From contig JBBRLX010000012.1 of NCBI GenBank assembly GCA_038231135.1, forward strand, positions 1-64,000: a stretch of DNA of 64,000 nt. The letters are read 5' to 3'. This document shows, one piece after another, positions 57,301 to 64,000 of the stretch; position 1 is the stretch's first letter; the number at the start of each line of letters is the position of its first letter. Below the pieces are notes generated by a model. The model worked only from the letters and a program-made list of their open reading frames with translations. It was not told the DNA's origin and made no database searches. The stretch is from Candidatus Eiseniibacteriota bacterium (GTDB lineage Bacteria; Eisenbacteria; RBG-16-71-46). The position numbers and the translations under genes are program-made.

Positions 57301-57886
57301 CGCGGCGCACGGGGGCACGGTGAACGTGTGGGATTCGGGCTCGCGGTTCGCGGTCGCCGGTCAGAACAAGGTGCTGCTCGCCGACGGCAAGACCCCCGCG
57401 CCGGGTTTCAAGTCGATCCATTTCGGATCGCCCAACGAATACGCGTTCGAGTACCTGATGTCGGGCGGCGATAACTCGTTCCACGTCGTGATGGGACTCC
57501 AGAAGCCCGACGCGCGCGGCAACCTGTCGCTCAAGCCGCGGCCGTATTCCGGAAAGTTCTTCATGTCGGGCGCCGCGGCCGGCCGCGTGTTCGTATTCGA
57601 CCCGCTCGTGAAGCTCGATCCTGCGCAGTACACGGGCAACGTGCTGTCGGCGGTCACGCCCGAGGAGTGGGCCCGGGAGATCGGCCCGTTCATTGCGGAC
57701 GAGGCGGGGCGGCGCGGGCTGCCGATCCGCATCGAGGGGGACGCGATCCGCATCCGGCTCGACGGCGAGTGGCAGCGCTGGCACCGGGACGAGGCGTTCG
57801 CGAAGCTGATCCCGGTCAGGATCGCGAAGGCCGCGCAGCAGCAGGGCATCGCCCCGCCGGCGCTGACCCAGATCGTCGGGGAATAG
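51338..57886 (+). CDS. Domain-shuffled glutamate synthase-like protein (2182 aa): degenerate barrel + FMN Glu_synthase domain + internal class II amidotransferase + GXGXG-like beta-helix
   Basis: SGEGG, QAASGHFG, EIKINQGAKPGKGG, SP..KHDIYSIED, SGGLR, CNQCGNCHLDCP; then ERDSC, HHRYPTN, AHPF, HNGE, TDTE; then Gly-rich repeats ending in FFMSG.AAGRVFV. Confidence 0.85.
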   Translation: MTTESHHPPDGLLLAFDRTQRGAAELMPQLALWEDLLALVVDPDSPRVADRARKRELLSFLLERGGIDEAAFWNLGRGRRGRMFLARWSRVSREIPQLELTSFDLDKVLKERHRHEPLTVGAAWHHGFWRSYFSHAAITHPANDGLREEFSTAWDIGRRHPAVMFRTGAGIEFQPLRSIRLALPMIVGPFRHTDGITLERAWLEAVAGPQPADGPSGGSLVVVDGMRFMENVAELLPHARHLVVRVRHAQLAAIDAAWPSSAALRDLLAVARMIEVVWSPGIATDVAALRERHPELLVSVFMKYEAGGRIEAGQGTTQDFWRALEDTVRLESVAMIHYHAGPEKSYRLTPRIDAYLKARFLRARVQLVSAGGDTDTQASAATVYESVLLGANGGAMTDVAAIALLPGLIEVYHGADPAPVLEELKSLPKRELRELAANSLDCWQHSILDFLSCMGIDDIQKTSGNTMAITMTEDWIREVDALATPAFGAVNRELNAARIAAEPVPADVRERYRVSSLLTERVAELPLVAAAKILAHDNANFHLENTNRNLSADFLEVIYRMAAGELPTADEFLIDSDMGELSLDSVGVQVSRESIAWSLARLARDPALLDYVSLAVPRGFMRPGAVAAGARVEIRAASDGPALVAFTADARGGFEHPLAAGHPLDAALAGDSPLWLVVRDAAGAERRTELQALAHGGHGLGVARASRDGAVTLRRDPRGGVVIAGFGFREPIWHGPVAHASISLGAASEDFLTARIEGNAGLAMTSSGEGGPIRFAGGEMAWESMQAASGHFGIHAADLRRVRDVEIKINQGAKPGKGGRLSGAKVTSTVSRARNIPIGTDALSPDPKHDIYSIEDMPAEVWLWLLYHNHCGIKITGSNYTRFVAAGMWSNFVVDYLLVDAGLGGSGNYHADSSHVGWPDIFRTILHTHHALVSEKVDLDRSGRLQSLRDSNGAPFGATGGTRLLASGGLRGELDMIKVLIAGADALVEASIGKAVAFGCNQCGNCHLDCPRGGITTKPELTVQNDRVLMRQRFRNWTVLNMVKLAVLIDAMNRESGALDEAGQVAVASMLLSDIRQLRGRTDLLAMPVRPRPADGSVHGTVATPSAMTARAADASGAPAIVTSGAGAGTRLEPERDSCRVGSLAVSEPVTVHAIWESARLSYNGGNNRGGGIDFAGFAPAAVREKTCVIVNTIGPDRADTMREMLDHFAGCRFFDAAGAKLTLDQVRSRLPEFRVPVRGQCAAEDGWRLADLRENPGDFTVLFVDLRDDVLDRYGRMLLASEHWLQRLTKYGEFAAEPAPDQLEDFTADVREEYFTALAHLLDSRYYRTHAPAGSTPPAGKYAAKRRGFVVSMGEDLGAIKISGWTHTIPEYFDFDRFWAGYPGAAPDGVDMRIKGRPLRTTALHAHVWGMHHRYPTNSPAIDAEGRGNPAGAHPFKAYNVLLMHNGEQVAVDSTAPFLMEYGYVHADPTMGPGHADYHGDSVYERKALTDTEYAAYLVDFTRRVLGLTTEEASQIISPITGFDLANMDPVRRTKFELLMRNYVQLTPTGPYKFTIVESRRHHAPSANGGARSARVVGFRENMDIKFLRPHEIVVSTDTGKGGVHVVANGSEAKIADSMLRALHVQGVLPDAAHDLRFNMRPGGTPERRDYGGVFEAFTVPGSGRLDLSNRFGEPVEVARRGAKVDFAVPLDQAVARANGPWKQQIDARLRQLAAAVDPLADAAGRRRRFGPDDDLPAPASELLESLLDHTRSVTFEDYRCLVEHALPEWARGGATPEPVKDVRTAVALRILTELRKRVSLGDLGGKSLSSMEYLTDGGRSADGSPEGGVYRLLDRVTPLHAALAPPAPSGRWGRLTLGTRDDLLPPTDPERDVLVIDFRGFESESFRMDSASRTVSEAVRMGWRQFVGYDFIGGPRYIGTNLPAADGLAAVGVTLELYGREFGDFIGALLEGARVFVYGQGESHVGMKADSGYLFVLQDMLNTGMYAAHGGTVNVWDSGSRFAVAGQNKVLLADGKTPAPGFKSIHFGSPNEYAFEYLMSGGDNSFHVVMGLQKPDARGNLSLKPRPYSGKFFMSGAAAGRVFVFDPLVKLDPAQYTGNVLSAVTPEEWAREIGPFIADEAGRRGLPIRIEGDAIRIRLDGEWQRWHRDEAFAKLIPVRIAKAAQQQGIAPPALTQIVGE

Positions 57887-57964
57887 ACCCGGCTCGATTT
57901 CGTGGCCGGTCTTGGCTAGGTTCTCCGGGTTGCCCGCCTGCGCGGGCGGCACCGGAGGCCGACG

Positions 57965-58468
57965 ATGACCGAGATTCCCGCGGACGATCCCACCACCCGG
58001 CTGTTCCTGCGTCACGCGCTCGCGACGCTCGCCTACCGCGCCGGGAAGACCGTGCGCGGGACGCCGGCGGAGTTCGGCGCGTATCGCGCGACGCCGGACG
58101 CGCCGTCGTGCGTCGAGATCCTGGCGCACATGGGCGACCTCATGGAGTGGGTGCTGCGGATGGTGCAGGGCGAGCCGCGCTGGACCACGGCGACGCCGCT
58201 CGCGTGGTCCGGCGAGATCGCGCGGTTCTTCGCCGCGCTCGGCGCGCTGGACGCGCAGCTCGCGTCGAACGCGCCGATCCGGTTCGAGCCGGCGCGGCTG
58301 TTCCAGGGCGGCATCGCGGACGCATTCACCCACACCGGGCAGCTCGCGATGCTGCGCCGCATGTCGGGGCACAAGATGCCGGGCGAGAACTACGCGCGGG
58401 CCGACATCGTGGCCGGGCGCGTAGGGCTCGACCAGATACCGCCCGAGCCGAAGTACGAGTTCGATTGA
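57965..58468 (+). CDS. DinB-like protein
   Basis: EILAHMGD and DAFTHTGQLAMLRR; GGAGG RBS. Confidence 0.75.
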   Translation: MTEIPADDPTTRLFLRHALATLAYRAGKTVRGTPAEFGAYRATPDAPSCVEILAHMGDLMEWVLRMVQGEPRWTTATPLAWSGEIARFFAALGALDAQLASNAPIRFEPARLFQGGIADAFTHTGQLAMLRRMSGHKMPGENYARADIVAGRVGLDQIPPEPKYEFD

Positions 58469-58496
58469 GCCCGCCGAGCCGGGAACTGGAGCACTG

Positions 58497-59219
58497 ATGA
58501 GTGCCGGAGATATGCAGGACCGGGTCCAGGCGCTGGACGTGCGCTTCGCCGTGCCCGCTGCGGGCGACGTGTCGGGCCTGTGGCTGCGGCCGACCACGGC
58601 GCACGCGGCATTCGTGTTCGCCCATGGCGCGGGCGCCGGCATGCGGCACGAATTCATGGAGGACCTGTCGCAGCGGCTGGCATTGCGCGGGGTCGCGACG
58701 TTGCGCTACGCGTTTCCCTACAGCGATCGCGGCAGCCGGCGCATCGATCCGCAGCCGGTGCTGCTCGCGACCGTGCGGGCCGCCGTAGCCCGGGCCCGCG
58801 AGCTGGCGGGAGGTCTGCCGCTGGTGGCGGGCGGCAAGTCGATGGGAGGGCGCATGACGACGCTCGCGGCTTCGGCGGCGCCGCTCGACGGCGTGCGAGG
58901 CATCGTGCTCACGGGGTTTCCGCTGCACGCGGCCGGCGCGCCGCCCAATGTGACGCGCGCCCAGCACCTCACGACGGTCGGCGTGCCGATGCTGTTCCTC
59001 CAGGGCACCCGCGATTCGCTCGCCGATCTCGAGCTGATGCGCGGGGTGTGCGACGGCCTCGGCGCACGCGCCACGCTGCACGTGGTGGACGGTGCCGACC
59101 ATGGCTTCCACGTGCTCAAGCGCTCGGGACGCGACGACGACGCGGTGCTCGACGAGCTGGCCGATACGATCGACCACTGGGTGCGCGTACTGGCGCCCGT
59201 CGCCGGGGAGGCACCGTGA
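58497..59219 (+). CDS. Alpha/beta hydrolase (KANL3/Tex30-like)
   Basis: AHGAGAGM, GGKSMGGR, QGTRD, GADHGF. Confidence 0.85.
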   Translation: MSAGDMQDRVQALDVRFAVPAAGDVSGLWLRPTTAHAAFVFAHGAGAGMRHEFMEDLSQRLALRGVATLRYAFPYSDRGSRRIDPQPVLLATVRAAVARARELAGGLPLVAGGKSMGGRMTTLAASAAPLDGVRGIVLTGFPLHAAGAPPNVTRAQHLTTVGVPMLFLQGTRDSLADLELMRGVCDGLGARATLHVVDGADHGFHVLKRSGRDDDAVLDELADTIDHWVRVLAPVAGEAP

Positions 59220-59914
59220 TCTTTCGCGTCGGCACCAGCGGGTTCTCCTATCCCGAGTGGAAGGGCAGCTTCTATCCCGAGAAGATCAAGGCCGCCGACA
59301 TGCTGGCGTTCTACGCGCAGCGGTTCGACACCGTCGAGATCAACGCGTCGTTCTACCGCATGCCGACCGTCGCGACCGTTGAGGCATGGGCGTCGCAGGT
59401 GCCGCCGGAGTTCCGGTTCGTGATGAAGGCGTCGCGGCGCATCACCCACGACCGACGGTTGAACGAAGTCTCGGACACACTGACGTTCTTCCTCAACGTC
59501 GCGCTGGCGCTCGGCGAGCGGCGCGGGCCGCTGCTGTTCCAGCTCCCGCCCAACTTCAAGCAGGACCTGCCGCGGCTCGAGGCGTTCCTCGCGCTGCTGC
59601 CCGCTACCGTGCAGGCCGCGATGGAGTTCCGCCACGCGTCGTGGTTCGAGGACCCGGTGTTCGACGCGCTGCGCGCCCGCGGCGTGGCCCTGTGCATCGC
59701 CGACACCGAGGATGGCGTCGACGCGCCGTTCGTGGCCACGGCGCCCTGGGGGTATCTGCGGCTGCGCGACGTCGATTATTCGGACGAGCAACTCGCGGCG
59801 TTCATCGAACGCGCGCGGTCGCAGAACTGGTCGGAGGCGTTCGTGTTCTTCAAGCACGAGGATGCGGGCCGTGGGCCGCAGTTCGCGGAGCGGTTTGTGA
59901 AGCTGGCGGGGTAG
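59216..59914 (+). CDS. DUF72 (YecE-like) protein
   Basis: GTSGFSY..W.G.FYP, VEINASFY, LFQLPP, EFRH.SW, YLRL. Confidence 0.9.
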   Translation: MIFRVGTSGFSYPEWKGSFYPEKIKAADMLAFYAQRFDTVEINASFYRMPTVATVEAWASQVPPEFRFVMKASRRITHDRRLNEVSDTLTFFLNVALALGERRGPLLFQLPPNFKQDLPRLEAFLALLPATVQAAMEFRHASWFEDPVFDALRARGVALCIADTEDGVDAPFVATAPWGYLRLRDVDYSDEQLAAFIERARSQNWSEAFVFFKHEDAGRGPQFAERFVKLAG

Positions 59915-60115
59915 AGGGGCCGGCGGCGCAAGGGTCCGATTCTTCGCTGGAGTGGAGCGCCGGTGTTTGTCCGCCCGAATGGCGGGCGTGTATCCTGTTC
60001 GTGAAATCGGACACGCTGCAGCGTATGTCGATCGGCTCTTCTATCGACGGCAACACGCGCGCCACATCAACAGATCAGGCACCTAATAGCCGTCGCACAC
60101 TGGAAAGGCTCGACC

Positions 60116-60931
60116 ATGGCTTTCGTTACCCGTCTCTTCAACGAGCCCTATCCCATTCGCAAGGCATGCCGCATCGCGATACGCAAATTGAATCTGGGCA
60201 GCTATGCGTTTCGTTACGGCATTGGCGCGATTGATCGGCCGCACTATGCCTATTTGGTCTGGCAGGCCGCTAAAATGGCGGCGGGCCTTGGGCTTCCACG
60301 CGTATCTATTCTGGAATTCGGCGTTGCCGGGGGCACGGGATTGCTTTCGCTGGAGTATCACGCGGAGCAGGTCGAGAAGCTATTCCCCGTCAAGATCGAG
60401 ATATATGGGTTCGACACTGGGGAAGGATTGCCGCCGCCGGACGACTATCGAGACCTGCCCTATCATTGGAAGGCGGGTTTCTTCAAGATGGATGTCCCGG
60501 CGCTGCAGGCGAGGCTCAGGCGATCAAAGCTCGTTCTGGGTAATGTCGCCGAGACCTTCGGATCGTTCTTCGAAAACTATGCTCCGGCGCCGATCGGCGC
60601 CGTTTCACAGGACCTTGATTTCTACTCCTCCACGGTTGCCGCCTTGAAGCTGTTTGACGCCGACCACAATCGTTTCCTTCCGCGTATTGCGTGTTATTTC
60701 GACGACACGGTCGGCAATGATATCGAGTTCTACAATGACTATACGGGTGAACGTCTGGCGATTCATGAATTCAACGCAACTCACGCCGACGCGAAGTTCT
60801 CCCCGGCATATTATCTACTGGCCGCGCCGAACATGTCGGTCTGGCATCACCAGATATGGTCGCTGCATTATTTTGACCACCCGCAATACAACACCTTTGT
60901 CAGCGACAAGGATCAACAGCTGGCCCTCTAG
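60116..60931 (+). CDS. TylF/MycF-like SAM-dependent methyltransferase-fold protein (lower GC)
   Basis: LEFGVAGG, YGFDTGEGLP, DLDFYSST, FDD, GE..AI.EF. Confidence 0.6.
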   Translation: MAFVTRLFNEPYPIRKACRIAIRKLNLGSYAFRYGIGAIDRPHYAYLVWQAAKMAAGLGLPRVSILEFGVAGGTGLLSLEYHAEQVEKLFPVKIEIYGFDTGEGLPPPDDYRDLPYHWKAGFFKMDVPALQARLRRSKLVLGNVAETFGSFFENYAPAPIGAVSQDLDFYSSTVAALKLFDADHNRFLPRIACYFDDTVGNDIEFYNDYTGERLAIHEFNATHADAKFSPAYYLLAAPNMSVWHHQIWSLHYFDHPQYNTFVSDKDQQLAL

Positions 60932-60966
60932 CGCAACAGCGGCTGCGGGAGTGGGCGCCCCGGCGC

Positions 60967-61761
60967 TCAAGGCTTCTGCGCCGCTCCGCCCGGTCGAAAT
61001 ATCTGCGCCGCCTCCGCCGCGCCCATGTCCTCCGCGGCATAATACGCCGCCGCCGCCTCGCGCATGCCGGCGCGGGTGTAGGCGTCGGCCCGCGGATGTT
61101 CGATGACGTCCCAGATCACCGCGGCCACCTCCTCGACGGGCTGGGCCGAGGGGAATGCGCGCGAATCGGGGCCGCCGCCGAGCGCGTTCACGCCGAACTC
61201 GGTCGCGACGACGCCCGGCGACACTGTCGACACGTGAATGTTCGGGAACTCCTCCCGCAATTCCATGCGCAGGCTCGCGGTCAGTGCGTTGAGCGCGTGC
61301 TTGGCGGCGCTGTAGGCCGAGCGTGGTGGGAACAGCGGAATGCGGCCCAGCATCGAGGAGATATTGATGATGTGGCCGTGGCCGCGCTCCTTGAAGTGCG
61401 GCAGCACCGCCTGCATGCCGTAGAGCGCCGACTTCACGTTGACGAGCATCATCTCGTCGAAGTCGCGATCAGTGAGCTGGGACACGGCCCGGGTGATGCC
61501 GCGGCCCGCGTTATTCACCCACACGTCCACATGGCCGAACCGCGATCGGGCGGCATTCAGCACGTGTTCGACGTCGGCGCGAACCGTGACGTCGGCCACC
61601 ACCGCCAGCGCCTCGGCGCCACAGCGCGCCGCCGCCTCCTGCAGCTCGGGTTCGCGCCGTGCCGCGAGCACGACCTGGGCGCCGTGTGCCGCGGCGAGGC
61701 GGGCAAACGCCGCACCGATGCCGCTGCTGGCGCCGGTGATCACCACCACTCGCTCGCTCAT
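60967..61761 (-). CDS. Short-chain dehydrogenase/reductase
   Basis: ITGASSGIG, NNAG, NISS, YSAAK, PG. Confidence 0.93.
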   Translation of the reverse strand: MSERVVVITGASSGIGAAFARLAAAHGAQVVLAARREPELQEAAARCGAEALAVVADVTVRADVEHVLNAARSRFGHVDVWVNNAGRGITRAVSQLTDRDFDEMMLVNVKSALYGMQAVLPHFKERGHGHIINISSMLGRIPLFPPRSAYSAAKHALNALTASLRMELREEFPNIHVSTVSPGVVATEFGVNALGGGPDSRAFPSAQPVEEVAAVIWDVIEHPRADAYTRAGMREAAAAYYAAEDMGAAEAAQIFRPGGAAQKP

Positions 61762-61850
61762 GAGCGGAGACTAACGTATCGCCTGCGGCGCCGCGACAGG
61801 ATTGCGGTATGGTCGCCTGTGGAACGTCCCGGGAATCGACGGAGGAGCCA

Positions 61851-62978
61851 ATGATTCGAGCGGCCATGCGCGGACTGCTGCTGCTGTGCCTCGTGTCGCA
61901 TGCGGGATTCGCCGTCTCCACAAGCCACGCCGCGAAGCTCCCGCCCCCGCCGGCCCGCGGCGCCCAACGGGGCACCGCGGCGCGGGAGGGCGATTTCGTC
62001 ATTCCCAACTTCCGATTCGACTCGGGCGAGTCGCTGCCCGAGCTGCGTGTGCATTACCTAACGCTCGGGCAGCCGGCCCGCGACGCGCGCAACAGGATCA
62101 CGAACGCCGTGCTGATCCTGCATGGCACCGGCGGCACCGGGCGGCAGTTCATGTCGCCGCTGTTCGCGAACGTGCTGTATGGCGAGGGGGCGCTGCTCGA
62201 CACCACGCGCTACTACGTCATCCTGCCCGACGGCATCGGGCACGGCCGCTCGAGCAAGCCGAGCGACGGGCTGCGCGCAAAATTCCCGCATTACAACTAC
62301 GACGACATGGTCGCCGCGCAATACCGGCTCGTCACCGAGTATCTCGGCGTCCGACATCTGCGACTGGTGATGGGCACATCGATGGGTGGCATGCAGACGT
62401 GGGTGTGGGGCGAATCGCATCCGGACGCCATGGACGCTCTGATGCCGCTCGCGTGCCAGCCGGTGCGAATCGCCGGCCGCAACCGGCTGTGGCGCGAGAT
62501 GGTGAAGGACGCGATTCGCAGCGATCCCGCCTGGCAGGGCGGGGACTACACGGCGGAGCCCATGGACGGTCTGCGCGCCGCCGCCGATCTGCTCATCATC
62601 GCGGGCAGCGCGCCGCTGCGGATGCAGAAGGCGCTGGCGAACGCCGACAGCGTCGGGATCTGGCTCACGAACACGCTGGCCACCCGGTTGACGACGTACG
62701 ACGCGAACGACCTGATCTATCAGGTCGACGCGTCCCGCGACTACGACCCGTCGCCGAAGCTCGAGTCGATCACGGCGCCGGTGATGTTCGTGAACTCCGC
62801 GGACGATTTCATCAACCCGCCCGAGCTCGGCAACGCCGAGCGCGAGATCCAGCGCGTGAAGCACGGGAAGTTCGTGCTGATCCCGATCGGTGAGAATACG
62901 CGGGGTCACGGCACCCACACCGCGGCCGCGGTGTGGAGCAATTATCTGGATGAATTGCTGAAGGAATCCACGCACTGA
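61851..62978 (+). CDS. Homoserine O-acetyltransferase-like alpha/beta hydrolase with signal peptide
   Basis: F.F.SGE.LP.L..HY.TLG, LHGTGG, GTSMGGM, DANDL, NSADD, GHGTH; GGAGG RBS. Confidence 0.8.
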   Translation: MIRAAMRGLLLLCLVSHAGFAVSTSHAAKLPPPPARGAQRGTAAREGDFVIPNFRFDSGESLPELRVHYLTLGQPARDARNRITNAVLILHGTGGTGRQFMSPLFANVLYGEGALLDTTRYYVILPDGIGHGRSSKPSDGLRAKFPHYNYDDMVAAQYRLVTEYLGVRHLRLVMGTSMGGMQTWVWGESHPDAMDALMPLACQPVRIAGRNRLWREMVKDAIRSDPAWQGGDYTAEPMDGLRAAADLLIIAGSAPLRMQKALANADSVGIWLTNTLATRLTTYDANDLIYQVDASRDYDPSPKLESITAPVMFVNSADDFINPPELGNAEREIQRVKHGKFVLIPIGENTRGHGTHTAAAVWSNYLDELLKESTH

Positions 62979-63020
62979 CAGGCATGACCGCGCGGAGTCT
63001 GCGCGGAATCGGATGACGCG

Positions 63021-63602
63021 ATGACACAGGAGGCCGACGTGCCGATGACGGTGGCGGACGCCCAGCGCGAAGTGCGGACGGTGTATCTCGGAGGCTTTCC
63101 CGGTCAGATCGTTTCGGGGCTGCTGTGGCTGGGATCGGCCGCGCTCGGCACGTGGAGTTCGCCGCGTCAGGCGATCCTGCTGCTCGTGATCGGTGGTGTG
63201 TTCATCTTTCCGCTCACGATGCTGATGCTCCGGCTGATGGGCCGCCGGGCCACGCTGAGTTCCGGCAATCCGCTCAACGGGCTCGCCATGCAGGTCGCGT
63301 TCACGGTGCCCATGAGCCTGCCGCTGGTCGGCGCCGCCACGCTGCACCATCTTACGTGGTTCTACCCGGCGCTCATGATCGTGGTGGGCGCCCATTACCT
63401 GCCGTTCATGTTCCTCTACGGCATGTGGACGTTCGCTCCGCTGTGCGCCCTGCTGGTGGCCGGTGGGTTCGTCATCGGCACGTCCGCCCAGCCGTTCACG
63501 CTGGGAGGCTGGGTCACCGGCGCGCTGCTGCTGGTGTTTGCCGTGCTTGGCCTGGTGCTGGCGCGGCGGGAGGACACTCCGGTTCGGGCACCCGCACGTT
63601 GA
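63021..63602 (+). CDS. Six-TM membrane protein of unknown function
   Basis: Hydrophobic ORF with 'NPL..L' and 'GAHYLPF.FLY'. Confidence 0.7.
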   Translation: MTQEADVPMTVADAQREVRTVYLGGFPGQIVSGLLWLGSAALGTWSSPRQAILLLVIGGVFIFPLTMLMLRLMGRRATLSSGNPLNGLAMQVAFTVPMSLPLVGAATLHHLTWFYPALMIVVGAHYLPFMFLYGMWTFAPLCALLVAGGFVIGTSAQPFTLGGWVTGALLLVFAVLGLVLARREDTPVRAPAR

Positions 63603-63800
63603 GCGTTCGGCATCGACCGATGTCGAAACTCCCGGTCAATGTACCTTCTGCAGAGACGGGGATTGGAGATTCAGGAACGGAATCTCCCGTTTCAAAGGGG
63701 TTTCGGGTCGCGAGTCGAATCGTCCTTCTAGCACGATACTTGCGAGATCGAAGTGCCCAACGGACCCTTCCAGATCCCCCCGACGCGGAGAACGTTTGTC

Positions 63801-64000
63801 ATGATGAGACTCAAGAAGTGGCATGGCCTGCTCGTGGTGGTTGTCAGTCTCGCGGTGTTCGGTTGTGCCGCGGGCACCATGCAGATGGGCAGCAACTCGG
63901 AGATTCCCGGCGCCGCCGGGGCCGCGAAGCTGCACCGCACCAAGAACGGCAATACCCAGATCACGCTGAGCGTGAAGCACCTCGCGCCGCCCGACAAGGT
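63801..64000 (+). CDS. Lipoprotein (3'-truncated by the window edge)
   Basis: MMRLKKWHGLLVVVVSLAVFGC lipobox, GGAG RBS, open to the end of the window; not in the ORF track. Confidence 0.7.
   Translation, partial: MMRLKKWHGLLVVVVSLAVFGCAAGTMQMGSNSEIPGAAGAAKLHRTKNGNTQITLSVKHLAPPDK

Noticed and set aside
63665..63687. GGAGATTC/GAATCTCC inverted repeat
   Set aside because: The 8-bp stem has no U-tract or recognisable family, so it cannot be assigned as a terminator or operator.

Overview
GC-rich window (roughly 70% by eye) from a diderm bacterium, with about 50 densely packed genes. I recognised no rRNA, tRNA, CRISPR array or IS transposase. Ordinary genes include murB, mutY, moaA, a MOSC protein, cydAB, a P450, RidA, a PLP decarboxylase, a CDF exporter, a LiaF-like/LytS/LytTR operon, an ECF sigma/RskA pair, MFS, rhomboid, SDR, DUF72 and a surface-polysaccharide-type cluster. 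Five things stand out. (1) A TPP riboswitch controls one 1265-aa ORF that fuses an inner-membrane Na+/solute symporter to an outer-membrane TonB-dependent receptor through an internal signal-peptide-like linker. (2) A nitrogen-assimilation cluster encodes a FAD/4x[4Fe-4S] oxidoreductase, a type III glutamine synthetase and a 2182-aa domain-shuffled glutamate-synthase-like protein. In that protein the amidotransferase Cys is internal (residue 1139) and follows two barrel-like domains; no gltD is present in the window. (3) An Rdx/SelW-type CxxU selenoprotein with a SECIS-like hairpin is missing from the ORF track. (4) An HNH nuclease gene carries two identical perfect 22-bp palindromes in frame. 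(5) An STT3/AglB-like glycosyltransferase with an altered WWDYG motif is translationally coupled between moaA and cydA. All family calls come from motif recognition by eye; no searches were run.
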